64,000 nucleotides of DNA, taken from positions 11,289 through 75,288 of the forward strand of contig CAINNF010000007.1 in assembly GCA_903851045.1 (NCBI GenBank), in the 5' to 3' direction. How positions within the stretch are numbered: the first letter of the stretch is position 1; each line of letters starts with the position of its first letter. The notes under the pieces were generated by a model. It worked only from the letters and a program-made list of their open reading frames with translations, searched no databases and was not told the origin of the DNA. Source of the stretch: Candidatus Adlerbacteria bacterium (GTDB taxonomy: Bacteria > Patescibacteriota > Minisyncoccia > Phycocordibacterales > SBAW01). Shown here in pieces: positions 48,351 through 57,493 of the stretch. A program made the translations under genes and the position numbers.

Positions 48351-51158
48351 ATGCAGACAGGTATAGAGGCGGGGAGGGCGACCGAGAGTGCGCGACAGGA
48401 GTTGGAGAATCTTCGTCGACGGGCCGCTCAGCTGGAGGCCTCGCTTGCACAGGGGGCTGCTCCCACTGCCCCTACGAGTCCTGCCGCCCACGTTGAGCGG
48501 TCTCAGGAGGCCGCAACACGCGCGGTCGGGGAGCAGTGGCAACAGGCGGTCCAAAAGCCATCACCCGCCGAAGCTCCACGTGTCGCGTCGCACCCAGACG
48601 CCATCACCCTACAACTGACTCCGGAGGAACATGACGAGCGTATGGGTGAGTTCATCTATGTACTCCAAGAGAGTGGTGTGGTGAAGGCGATAGAGGCAGC
48701 CGAGGCGACTGGCAACCCGCACCTCATCGACGACTTCCACCGGGTACTCGTTGAGTGGGTGCGCGAAGGTCTGCCCGCAAAAGGTGCCGACCGGGAACCC
48801 TACAAGGTGCCGCTCTCGCTGGTGCTCTATGAGGTGACGCTGCCGCAAGCGGGGTCCGATAAGGAAAAGTCGTCCGACCCGACCCGAGAGCTGCGCGAAT
48901 TCATATCGCTTATGGAGCAGTTCTACCGCGGGATGCTCCAAATGGACGCCAAACATGGCGAGTACTTCTCGTTCGAGATAGCCAACCCGGCTGGTGCCGC
49001 GCACACGAGCGTCTACATGGCGATACCACGCACCCGCAAGGCGATGTTCGAGAAGCAGCTCATGTCCCTCTACCCATCGGCTCGTCTCAAAGAGCTGCAC
49101 GATGACTACAATGCGTTCGCGAGCGGTTCGCAGGTGGTCGCCGCGAGCGCGAACCAGGTCGAGCAACACATCTACTCGTTGCGGACGTTCGACGTGTTCC
49201 CGAACGACCCGCTCGACTCGCTATTGAACGCATTTTCAAAATTGGACGAGACTGGCGAAGGTGCGGCCATACAGTTCGTCGTCTCACCCTACGACAAAGG
49301 GCTTTCGAAGCGGTATCGTACCGCGCTGCAAAGCATACATGCCGGTATCGAACTTCGGCAGGCGACCAAGTTGCCGATGGGTATGAAGCGCGTGTTCCAC
49401 GATATATACACCGTCTTCAACGTGCCCAAGAAAGAGGATGAGGATAAACGACTGCGACCGGATGACCCACGCATCAAGAACATCGAGAACAAGCTGGCGA
49501 GTCCGATACTGCTCGTCGACATTCGGACGGTCGCCTCGGCCGCGACCGCATCGAGAGCAAGGGAGATACTCGAGGACGTCAAAGCATCGTTCCAGCAGTT
49601 CACGGATACCGCGGGCAACCGACTGCTGTTCAAGGAGGTGCCGAGCCGAAAGATCGGTTCGTTCGCACACACATTCTCGTATCGTATGCTGAACGAACGC
49701 AGCGCCATGCCGCTCTCGGCGATGGAGCTCGCGACTCTCGCACACCTGCCGCGACCCGAGGCACGGGAGTTCGCGCCGGATATCCGTCAAGACAAGAGCC
49801 AGGCGGCCGCAGCCCCGATCGGGCTTCCGAAACAAGGTGTGCTCCTAGGTGTCAATCGTTTTCGCAACAACGAAACGAAGGTGTTCATCCAACCCGAGGA
49901 TCGTATGCGACACTTGTACCTTATCGGACAGACCGGTACCGGTAAGTCGGTGTTGCTCAAAAATATCGTCATTCAAGATATCAAGAGTGGGGCAGGGGTG
50001 TGCTTCCTCGACCCGCACGGCTCGGACGTGCTCGATATCCTCTCCGCCATCCCGCCGGAGCGTATGGACGATGTCATCTACCTTGACCCGGGTTCTATGG
50101 ATCGGCCGATGGGGCTCAATATGCTCGAGTATGACCCTGCGCATCCGGAGCAAAAGACGCTCGTGGTGGACGAACTCTTCGGCATCTTCAAAAAACTCTT
50201 CGGTGCGGTGCCAGAGAGTATGGGGCCTGCGTTCGAACAATACTTCCGTAACTCGGCACTTTTGGTCATGGAGGACCCCGCATCAGGGAACACTTTGTTG
50301 GATATCTCGCGCATATTCGCCGACGAAGACTTCCGCCAACGCAAGCTCGCGGCGTGTAAGAATCCGATCGTCAAGCAGTTTTGGGAGGGTATCGCCATGA
50401 AGACGACCGGCGAGCAGGGGCTCGAGAACTATGGCCCGTACGTCACCAACAAGTTCGACGTCTTCACGACGAACGACTTCGTGCGCCCGATGATCTCTCA
50501 GCAAAAGTCCGCGTTCAACTTTCGCGACCTTATGGACAACCGCAAGATCCTGCTCGTGAACCTGGCCAAAGGGCGTATCGGCGACATCAATGCCAACCTG
50601 CTCGGTCTCATCATCGTTGGGAAGTTCCTCATCGCCGCGCTGTCGCGGGTCGACTCCTTCGGTCAAGAGTTAGCACCGTTCTATCTCCACATCGATGAGT
50701 TCCAAAACTTCGCTACACCATCCATCTCGACCATCCTTTCGGAGGCTCGCAAATATAAATTGTCGCTCACTATCGCGCACCAATTCATCGCCCAGCTAAC
50801 GGATGAGATCAAAGACGCGGTGTTCGGTAACGTCGGTTCGATGTGCGCATTCCGTGTCGGCGTGGACGACAGTGAATTCTTGGAGAAGCAGTTCGCTCCC
50901 GTGTTCTCCGCTGCCGACCTGATGCGCGTCGACAACTACAATGCGCACCTCAAGTTGCTCATCAGCGGCAAGCCGTCGCAACCGTTCAATATCGAGACGC
51001 TACCGTTCCACGGCGGTACCAAAGAGTATGTGCAGCAGCTCCAAGCCCTCTCGGCACTGCGCTACGGCCGCCCGCGAGCCGAAGTCGAAGCCGAAATGGC
51101 CGCCGCCTTCGCCGGTGTCGTCCAAGACCCGGCCACTTTGATGACGGGGGGAATGTAA
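48351..51158 (+). CDS. VirD4/TraG/TrwB-like (FtsK-HerA superfamily) coupling ATPase
   Basis: RHLYLIGQTGTGKS, LDPHG, LHIDEFQNF, LSEARKY, AHQFIAQL, FGNVGS. Confidence 0.88.
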   Translation: MQTGIEAGRATESARQELENLRRRAAQLEASLAQGAAPTAPTSPAAHVERSQEAATRAVGEQWQQAVQKPSPAEAPRVASHPDAITLQLTPEEHDERMGEFIYVLQESGVVKAIEAAEATGNPHLIDDFHRVLVEWVREGLPAKGADREPYKVPLSLVLYEVTLPQAGSDKEKSSDPTRELREFISLMEQFYRGMLQMDAKHGEYFSFEIANPAGAAHTSVYMAIPRTRKAMFEKQLMSLYPSARLKELHDDYNAFASGSQVVAASANQVEQHIYSLRTFDVFPNDPLDSLLNAFSKLDETGEGAAIQFVVSPYDKGLSKRYRTALQSIHAGIELRQATKLPMGMKRVFHDIYTVFNVPKKEDEDKRLRPDDPRIKNIENKLASPILLVDIRTVASAATASRAREILEDVKASFQQFTDTAGNRLLFKEVPSRKIGSFAHTFSYRMLNERSAMPLSAMELATLAHLPRPEAREFAPDIRQDKSQAAAAPIGLPKQGVLLGVNRFRNNETKVFIQPEDRMRHLYLIGQTGTGKSVLLKNIVIQDIKSGAGVCFLDPHGSDVLDILSAIPPERMDDVIYLDPGSMDRPMGLNMLEYDPAHPEQKTLVVDELFGIFKKLFGAVPESMGPAFEQYFRNSALLVMEDPASGNTLLDISRIFADEDFRQRKLAACKNPIVKQFWEGIAMKTTGEQGLENYGPYVTNKFDVFTTNDFVRPMISQQKSAFNFRDLMDNRKILLVNLAKGRIGDINANLLGLIIVGKFLIAALSRVDSFGQELAPFYLHIDEFQNFATPSISTILSEARKYKLSLTIAHQFIAQLTDEIKDAVFGNVGSMCAFRVGVDDSEFLEKQFAPVFSAADLMRVDNYNAHLKLLISGKPSQPFNIETLPFHGGTKEYVQQLQALSALRYGRPRAEVEAEMAAAFAGVVQDPATLMTGGM

Positions 51159-51327
51159 AACATATAAGCGCTGTGTAAAGAAAAAGGGAGCCCGGAGGCT
51201 CCCTTAAGGAAAAACGATCTTATATCACGCGACGAAATATGGCGGAGCATATGCATTGTAGTACAATAGGAGTGTACGAAGTCTGTTTTTTACGTACATT
51301 TACTACCCATTAATTTCTACAAATTAT

Positions 51328-52044
51328 ATGAGTCTGAATCAGAGGGGGAACCTTCGTGTTGTGGGAGGGACAGAGGCGGGTCTGGATAAGCCGGAGCAAC
51401 CCGAGACAGCTCGAGAGAAAGCTTGGAAGACGGGGGCAGAGCGGCGAGAAAAGATAAAGAACTTCTTTGCTTCGGCAACAGAGAAGGTCACTCAAGGTCT
51501 CGACAAAGGAGTGACCTACGCGCTCGGTTCTCCCGAGGCGGTAGCACACGCAGGAGGAAAGGCGTGGGATGGTATGACCGCAGCAACCGGAAGGTTTTTG
51601 AACAAGGTGGATGCGGCGGCTATTCGTCTGGACGATACGGCGACCCGGGCTATCGGTACCGCAAAAGACAAGACCGTTGGGTTGGCCAAGCGCGCTGCCG
51701 CGTGGGGGTTGAACACCTTCATTGCACCTATCGAGAACAAGATTACGGACATCTGTAACATTCCTGCTGGGGTGCGAGAATGGCGCGCAGAACGTGCGGC
51801 AGCCAAGGCTAGCGCGATCGAAGCTGCTGGTGCGAGCGATGCGGCGGCGATCGAAAGACAGATCGAGGACCTAAGGACTCATCTCGAAGAGGTTAAACGA
51901 AAAGCGGAAGAAGCTAAGGCGGAAGCGCTCGCTAGGTCCTCAGGGTTGCGCGCGAGAGCAGTTGACTCTCGCGCTAAGAACAAAAATCGCAGACTAGTCC
52001 CACAGGCATTAGGTTGGTTGCGACCAACACAAGCTGCAGCATAA
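51328..52044 (+). CDS. Ala-rich helical hypothetical protein
   Basis: 238-aa ORF. Confidence 0.65.
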   Translation: MSLNQRGNLRVVGGTEAGLDKPEQPETAREKAWKTGAERREKIKNFFASATEKVTQGLDKGVTYALGSPEAVAHAGGKAWDGMTAATGRFLNKVDAAAIRLDDTATRAIGTAKDKTVGLAKRAAAWGLNTFIAPIENKITDICNIPAGVREWRAERAAAKASAIEAAGASDAAAIERQIEDLRTHLEEVKRKAEEAKAEALARSSGLRARAVDSRAKNKNRRLVPQALGWLRPTQAAA

Positions 52045-52064
52045 TTATCGTATAACTATCATAT

Positions 52065-52391
52065 ATGACAGTAGAACAAGTACGAGGGGTGTTGCGTGAC
52101 GGTGGGTTCTCTCCAGAGATACATGCGGCGATGAGTACGATACTTGATGCGGCGGCGGTACGTGGGAGTCTGACCGAGGAAGACAAGACAAAGCTGCTCG
52201 ACCTGATCGACATGGATGTTACCGCCACGGACATCGAGGCAGAGACGATGGAAGACATGGCGGTCGCGCTCGACGAATTCGCCAAAGAGGCTGATGAGGC
52301 GGTCCGGGCTGCGGATGCCGAGTACGAGAAGATCGAGGCCGAGTTGCTCGCCGAGTTGCAGGCGCTCACGCCGGAGGCTGTGGCCGCGTAA
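52065..52391 (+). CDS. Acidic helical hypothetical protein
   Basis: 108-aa ORF. Confidence 0.65.
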   Translation: MTVEQVRGVLRDGGFSPEIHAAMSTILDAAAVRGSLTEEDKTKLLDLIDMDVTATDIEAETMEDMAVALDEFAKEADEAVRAADAEYEKIEAELLAELQALTPEAVAA

Positions 52392-52405
52392 GATCGTTTT
52401 TTTTG

Positions 52406-52477
52406 TGCCCCCGGCAGGAATCGAACCCGCATCGCCTCCTTCGGAGGGAGGCATCCTATCCATTGAACGACGGGGGC
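52406..52477 (-). tRNA. tRNA-Arg(CCG)
   Basis: GCCCCCG..CGGGGGC acceptor, CCTCC-CTCCGAA-GGAGG anticodon arm, GGTTCGATTCC. Confidence 0.93.
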
Positions 52478-52552
52478 GTGTGATAGACATCGACACGAAC
52501 CAAGCGCACCCTCTCACGGTACCGCAGTAGTCCTGGTGGTGCAAAGATGTGT

Positions 52553-53299
52553 TTACGAACACGGGCAAGTGTCCCACAACAGATCGAACGAATGTCGTTC
52601 GATCTCCGCGATCTCGTGACTTTGTATCAAGACGCACATCAGCTCCTTTTCGGACGTGAAGTAGGCGACCTTGTCTCCATATATCGCAATGTTGGCACTG
52701 AAGCGACTTGTTTTCGGCAAGAATTTGGTCGTTCGCAGTTCGTCTAGGTCTTTAGGAACCAGCCTCCTTGAAAAGCTCTCGTCGAGCACCAGTTGCCTGA
52801 AACTGATCCCGTTCGCGACCCGGGTCGGGATATACGTTCTTTCGATATATCTCTCGGACACCACTTCGTTGAGCTTTTGGGCAGAGCCGAGGTAGAGGAT
52901 CTCGCCCGCGCCAGAGGTAAGCGTATCGGCGAGTACCGACAAGTAGCCTCCCTTGCCATGATAGTAGTGTACGCGTGGCGAGTCTTTGGACCTCTTCTCG
53001 AGCGCCTCGAACTGCGGCATCGCTTCGGTAAAATTCCTCTTTAGATTTTCTATTTTTTGCAGCAGGGTGCGTGGGTCGGATGCGACGAATCGCGCACCAC
53101 GCGAGCCCTTGAACTGGGCGATGATACCTCGGCGTATCAGCTGCTCCACGATAGGGTAGAGGGTGGTGCGGTTGATGTGTGTTCGCTCAGAGAGCGCTTT
53201 GATCGAGACACCACTATCCGCCAGCACGGCCAGATAGATAGCCGCCTCTTTGTCCGAGAGGCCGTACTCACGCAAAATTGTTTTGAGTCCAGCATGCAT
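52553..53299 (-). CDS. TrmB family transcriptional regulator
   Basis: YGLSDKEAAIYLAVL, INRTTLYPIVEQL, C-terminal IYGDKVA. Confidence 0.9.
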   Translation of the reverse strand: MHAGLKTILREYGLSDKEAAIYLAVLADSGVSIKALSERTHINRTTLYPIVEQLIRRGIIAQFKGSRGARFVASDPRTLLQKIENLKRNFTEAMPQFEALEKRSKDSPRVHYYHGKGGYLSVLADTLTSGAGEILYLGSAQKLNEVVSERYIERTYIPTRVANGISFRQLVLDESFSRRLVPKDLDELRTTKFLPKTSRFSANIAIYGDKVAYFTSEKELMCVLIQSHEIAEIERHSFDLLWDTCPCS

Positions 53300-53514
53300 A
53301 TGTTGAAAATTTTGACAACAAAGTGATGGTATAACCTGTCTGTGATAGTGTCAATATGGTCTTTATTTTCAACGTTTTATATATATGTACGATATGGGAT
53401 GGTGTCTGTGTGAGCGCCTTAAGTCTAAGTTGTGGTCAAAAACAAACCATCTGAGTAGTCTACGGTCTGACCTCTGTCGAGGTCTATGTACAACTGTCGT
53501 GAGGAGGGCTGGAT

Positions 53515-54510
53515 ATGAAACCGATGCTCGTCTCGTGCCCCCGGTACTGGGCGCTCCAAGGACATCGATTGCACGAGAGATATATCTCATACCTCTCGCT
53601 CAATCAAAACAGCGTGTGCGATGTCGACTGTCAGGGGTGCTTTCGCTATCCTAGTCGAAAGCGTGGGTTGCCGAAAGAAAGTCTTCTGACGATGGAGGAC
53701 TACGAGCGACTGATTACCGAGTTCGGTGCCGCTGGCGGACTGGCGCTCGAGATCTCCGGCGAAGGGGAGCCGCTCATGAGCCACAACACACTCCCCATTA
53801 TTCGTCTCGCCTCACAACTCGGTCTGTGGACAACGCTCATCACCAACGGACATCTCCTTACGGACGACATGCTCCGTGAGCTCGTTGAGTTACAGGTTGC
53901 GCTCGTTCTGAGTCTACACTCGCTTGTCGAAGCGGTATATGAACGCGATAGCGGCTCTCGCGGGAGCTTTGGTCGTAAGATGAAAAACATCGACCGTGCT
54001 GCAGAAGTGTTTCGTGGCACGGGGTGGCTGGAGCGTGGTCGTGACATACGGCGGGCCGCTATACACTGGACGCTCCAATCTGACAATGTTGGAGAAGTGG
54101 CAGATGCACGCGCGTTCTGTGATGAGAGGGGGCTCCTGTTCAGTATAGCGCCGCTCGCAAAGACGGGTCATGCGGCAGCGAGGCCCGATCTGTGGTTGCC
54201 TGACGAGCAGCGGCTCAAGACGGTCAACGCACTTGGTGATGAGTCGATCATCTTCTATGACGAACCAGGTGGCCGAGTGGTCTGTGGTACCTGCAAGTAC
54301 GGTCTCAATGTCGGCGCGGATGGTAACCTGCTACTCGATGCGCATGGCGGCTACCAGGTCGACATCTCGAATATCCGTACCACCAGTTTTGCTGAAGCGG
54401 TACGACTGCAGCATGCGTACTCGGCTCGCATGTTCGCGCAGCTCGATGGTTTTTGCCCCGTACGAGACCCAGGATGGTTGGAATTCCTTGCCGAACAACG
54501 ATATCGGTAA
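53515..54510 (+). CDS. Radical SAM protein
   Basis: CDVDCQGC (CxxxCxxC), SGEGEPLM, ITNG; C-terminal CGTC..LNVGADG (twitch/SPASM-like). Confidence 0.88.
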   Translation: MKPMLVSCPRYWALQGHRLHERYISYLSLNQNSVCDVDCQGCFRYPSRKRGLPKESLLTMEDYERLITEFGAAGGLALEISGEGEPLMSHNTLPIIRLASQLGLWTTLITNGHLLTDDMLRELVELQVALVLSLHSLVEAVYERDSGSRGSFGRKMKNIDRAAEVFRGTGWLERGRDIRRAAIHWTLQSDNVGEVADARAFCDERGLLFSIAPLAKTGHAAARPDLWLPDEQRLKTVNALGDESIIFYDEPGGRVVCGTCKYGLNVGADGNLLLDAHGGYQVDISNIRTTSFAEAVRLQHAYSARMFAQLDGFCPVRDPGWLEFLAEQRYR

Positions 54511-54566
54511 GCCACGAGCTACTTTGGACCCGTCTCTGTTTCAGAGATGGGTCTTTACATATCGCC

Positions 54567-54620
54567 ACGGACAGTACCACAAACGAAAAAAGCGCAGCAG
54601 TGCGCTTTTTTCGTTTGTGG
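54567..54620 (-). terminator. Long hairpin abutting the tRNA-Arg(GCG) 3' end
   Basis: CCACAAACGAAAAAAGCGCA-GCAG-TGCGCTTTTTTCGTTTGTGG (20-bp perfect stem). Confidence 0.7.
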
Positions 54621-54692
54621 TGCTCCCGGCAGGAATCGAACCCACATTGCATCCTCCGCAAGGATGCGTCCTATCCATTGAACGACGGGAGC
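54618..54692 (-). tRNA. tRNA-Arg(GCG), CCA encoded
   Basis: GCTCCCG..CGGGAGC-A-CCA, CATCC-TTGCGGA-GGATG anticodon arm, GGTTCGATTCC. Confidence 0.92.
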
Positions 54693-54762
54693 TATTCGGC
54701 TTTCGCACACCCCGAACCCACCGTAGTGGGGGAGAGGTGTATCCAAAATACACTACATGTCG

Positions 54763-55251
54763 CTATATTCCAAGTAGGGCGGCGAGGTGTTCGACGAAGT
54801 GAGGTTCTTGCTTCTCTTCTTCTACATGGTCTAGTAGGTAGTCGCGCACGGCTTCGGCGTGGTCGGTGTCTTCCAAAGGCAGCACGAAACGCGGGTGCAG
54901 AACGCCCGAAGTAGTAAGGTAGAGTAGTGCGCGTGGCTCGAACTCGGCGTCATGTTCGACCTCCTCGATAGCTACCCAAAAGGAGCGTATCGCCGGATAG
55001 CGGTAGAGCGTGCCGTCGATATCGACACCGCGTGGCGTGAGGACCACCTCATGTTCTCGGGGACCCCGGATGGTGAGAAAGAGGATGCTACCGATACCGA
55101 TTGCGAGTACGAACGCGAACAGGATATCGTTGAAGTAGATGGACACGCCGATACCAACGACGGCGAGCAGACCAAGTGCCCAGTACCAATCGTTCGTCCG
55201 ATCTTCATGTTCGTGCGTGAGCACCGTCCAACTGAGCATGTTTCCCTCCAT
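54763..55251 (-). CDS. Two-TM membrane protein with PH-like soluble domain
   Basis: HEDRTNDWYW followed by two TM helices and LYRYPAIRSFWV. Confidence 0.75.
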   Translation of the reverse strand: MEGNMLSWTVLTHEHEDRTNDWYWALGLLAVVGIGVSIYFNDILFAFVLAIGIGSILFLTIRGPREHEVVLTPRGVDIDGTLYRYPAIRSFWVAIEEVEHDAEFEPRALLYLTTSGVLHPRFVLPLEDTDHAEAVRDYLLDHVEEEKQEPHFVEHLAALLGI

Positions 55252-55313
55252 TACTTATAGTATACACCGCCAAACGCAAGCATCTCTCTAATCCCCACGT
55301 TGGTTCTGGACCA

Positions 55314-55329
55314 TCGAACAAATGTTCGA
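55314..55329. promoter_or_regulatory. LexA (SOS) box, GAAC-N4-GTTC type
   Basis: TCGAACAAATGTTCGA directly before a TATACT -10 (55331) and the lexA start. Confidence 0.8.
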
Positions 55330-55342
55330 CTATACTAGGGAC

Positions 55343-55906
55343 ATGTCAGCCTATCGAGCGAAGATCCTGCACTTCTTTCGTGCACGCAAGCGGATGCCGA
55401 ACATATCGGAGATCATGACGCTGTGCGGCTTTTCGTCGCGCTCATCTGCCTTCTACGTGGTCACCAAGTTGGTTAAGGAGGGTGTGGTCGCCAAGGACAA
55501 GGCGGGCAAGCTCATCCCCACGAGCGCACTCCACGCTGTGCGCAAGGTCGGCCGTGTACGCGCAGGCTTCGCATCGCCAGCAGAGGAAGAGTTGGCGGAC
55601 ACTATCACCGTGGGCGAGTATCTCATCCGCGACAAGCAGGCGAGCTTTCTCTTGGAGGTCGAGGGCGACTCGATGGTCGACGCGGGCATCCATGAGGGCG
55701 ACATGGTGATATTCGAGCGCGGCAGCGACTACCGGCCGGGCGACATCGTCATCGCGCTCACCGAAGATGGCTACACGATCAAATATCTGCGGAAGCAGCA
55801 CGGGAAGTACTTCCTCGAAGCGGCGAACCCGAAGTACCCCAACATCCACCCAAAGGAAGGCCAGATCGTCGGTGTGGTGACGGGTACCTTTCGCAAGTAC
55901 AAATGA
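55343..55906 (+). CDS. lexA: LexA family repressor (HTH + S24 peptidase)
   Basis: MPNISEI..GFSS HTH, VRAGF cleavage site, GDSM catalytic Ser, TIKYL catalytic Lys. Confidence 0.88.
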   Translation: MSAYRAKILHFFRARKRMPNISEIMTLCGFSSRSSAFYVVTKLVKEGVVAKDKAGKLIPTSALHAVRKVGRVRAGFASPAEEELADTITVGEYLIRDKQASFLLEVEGDSMVDAGIHEGDMVIFERGSDYRPGDIVIALTEDGYTIKYLRKQHGKYFLEAANPKYPNIHPKEGQIVGVVTGTFRKYK

Positions 55907-55907
55907 T

Positions 55908-57218
55908 ATGCAACCCTTCTCTATCCGCTCCTACCCGCGCGCGATACTCCACTTCGACGGCGACTCCTTCTTCGCCTCGGTCGAACAGGCGATGAACCAC
56001 CGACTTCGCGGCAAGCCAGTCGTCACTGGTGGCGAGCGCGGCGCGGCCACGGCGCTCAGTATCGAGGCCAAGCGGCTCGGACTCACGCGCGGGATGCCGA
56101 TGAAGCAGATACGGGAGTTGTGCCCAGAGGTCATTGTCGTGAAGTCCGACTACACGGCCTACTCGATCTACGCGCGGCGGATGTACGCGATAGTGCGCCG
56201 CTACACGCCGATGGTCGAGGAGTACAGTATCGACGAATGCTTCGCCGACATCACGGGGCTACGCGGGATGTATCACCGCTCATATGCGCAGATAGGGGAG
56301 ATGATCAAGCGGGAGTTGGAGGAGAGCCTCGGCATCACCTTTGGTGTCGGGCTGGCGCCAAACAAAGTGGTCGCCAAGATCGCGTCGAAACATCGTAAGC
56401 CCGGCGGCTTCACCGCGATACCGGCCAAAGAGGTTCACACCTTCCTGCAAAATATGCCTATTGGCCAGGTGTGGGGGGTCGGCTACTCGATGCAGATGGC
56501 GCTCCACAAGCTCGGCGTCACCACCGCGCTCCAGTTCGCGACCAAGGACGAACAGTGGCTGCGCGCCAACAAGATAGCCAAGCCCTACCGCGAGATCTGG
56601 TGGGAGCTGCGCGGCGGCTTCGCCAAGGAGCTCTCGCTGACCCACAACGACGACATCGGCTCCATCATCAAAACGCGCACCTTCGCGCCGCCCACCCGAG
56701 AGCGCGCGTTCGTGCTCTCGCAACTCTCCAAGAACATCGAGAGCGCCTGCGCCAAGGCACGCGGGCACCACATGCGCCCGCGCGCCGTGAGCTTCTTCCT
56801 CAAAACTCAAGACTTCATCTATCGTACCTGCGAACTCGACCTCTCGGTCGCGACGAACGACCCCGCCGTCATCCTGCGCCTCGTCGAAGCCCACTTTGAC
56901 CGCGTCTTTGTCCCCAACATCCTCTACCGCACCACCGGCATCACCTTGCGCAACCTCGTCGAAGAGGGAGCCGCCACCCTCGACCTCTTCGGCGAAGCGC
57001 AGGTCGTCAACGAGCGTCAACCGATCCTCACCGCCGTGGATTCCCTTAACAAAAAGTACGGCAAAGAGACGGTCATCCTAGCCGCCAGCCTCAAAGCCGT
57101 GAACCACCTCGAACCCAACAAACAAAGAAACATGACCACTCGCACCTCAAAAGTTCATCTTCCCCTTGAGCAAAGAAAGAAAACAATAGACCTACCATAC
57201 CTTGGGCGGGTGCGGTGA
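55908..57218 (+). CDS. Y-family translesion polymerase (DinB/UmuC)
   Basis: HFDGDSFFASVE, YSIDECFAD, AKIASKHRKP, clamp-binding-like TLDLF. Confidence 0.93.
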   Translation: MQPFSIRSYPRAILHFDGDSFFASVEQAMNHRLRGKPVVTGGERGAATALSIEAKRLGLTRGMPMKQIRELCPEVIVVKSDYTAYSIYARRMYAIVRRYTPMVEEYSIDECFADITGLRGMYHRSYAQIGEMIKRELEESLGITFGVGLAPNKVVAKIASKHRKPGGFTAIPAKEVHTFLQNMPIGQVWGVGYSMQMALHKLGVTTALQFATKDEQWLRANKIAKPYREIWWELRGGFAKELSLTHNDDIGSIIKTRTFAPPTRERAFVLSQLSKNIESACAKARGHHMRPRAVSFFLKTQDFIYRTCELDLSVATNDPAVILRLVEAHFDRVFVPNILYRTTGITLRNLVEEGAATLDLFGEAQVVNERQPILTAVDSLNKKYGKETVILAASLKAVNHLEPNKQRNMTTRTSKVHLPLEQRKKTIDLPYLGRVR

Positions 57219-57256
57219 GTATTGACGAACAGGCTATTTTGTGCGACCATGTGGGT

Positions 57257-57441
57257 ATGGCTCATAAAAGTCACAGTATGTATACGAGTCGCACCAGCGC
57301 CCAGAAGTGGGGGTGCCTTTCTGCTATCGCAGTGGATGGCACAGCGCTCGTATATAGCCGTGGCTTTTGTATGAATTCCTAATTTTTCAAAAGAGTTTCT
57401 TAGAGAACCCTCGGCTGGATACAGAGCCCGAGGGTTTTTGT
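57257..57441 (+). promoter_or_regulatory. Candidate attenuator leader (uORF, long hairpin, terminator) before the GNAT gene
   Basis: TTGACG at 57222; 41-codon uORF 57257-57382; terminator AACCCTCGG..CCGAGGGTT-TTTG at 57406-57441. Confidence 0.55.
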
Positions 57442-57493
57442 TTCAGCATATGTTCTTTCTACAAGTCACCAATCGACACAACAGGAGCCTACG

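Noticed and set aside
52406-54692. One tRNA-Arg as a mere att duplication or pseudogene
   Set aside because: Both are full length with intact arms, compensatory changes and different anticodons.
15115-57020. Long antisense ORFs such as 15115..15978, 27333..28055, 29688..30512, 35291..36184 and 56280..57020
   Set aside because: Fully overlap well-supported genes on the opposite strand and show no motifs; expected from codon bias.
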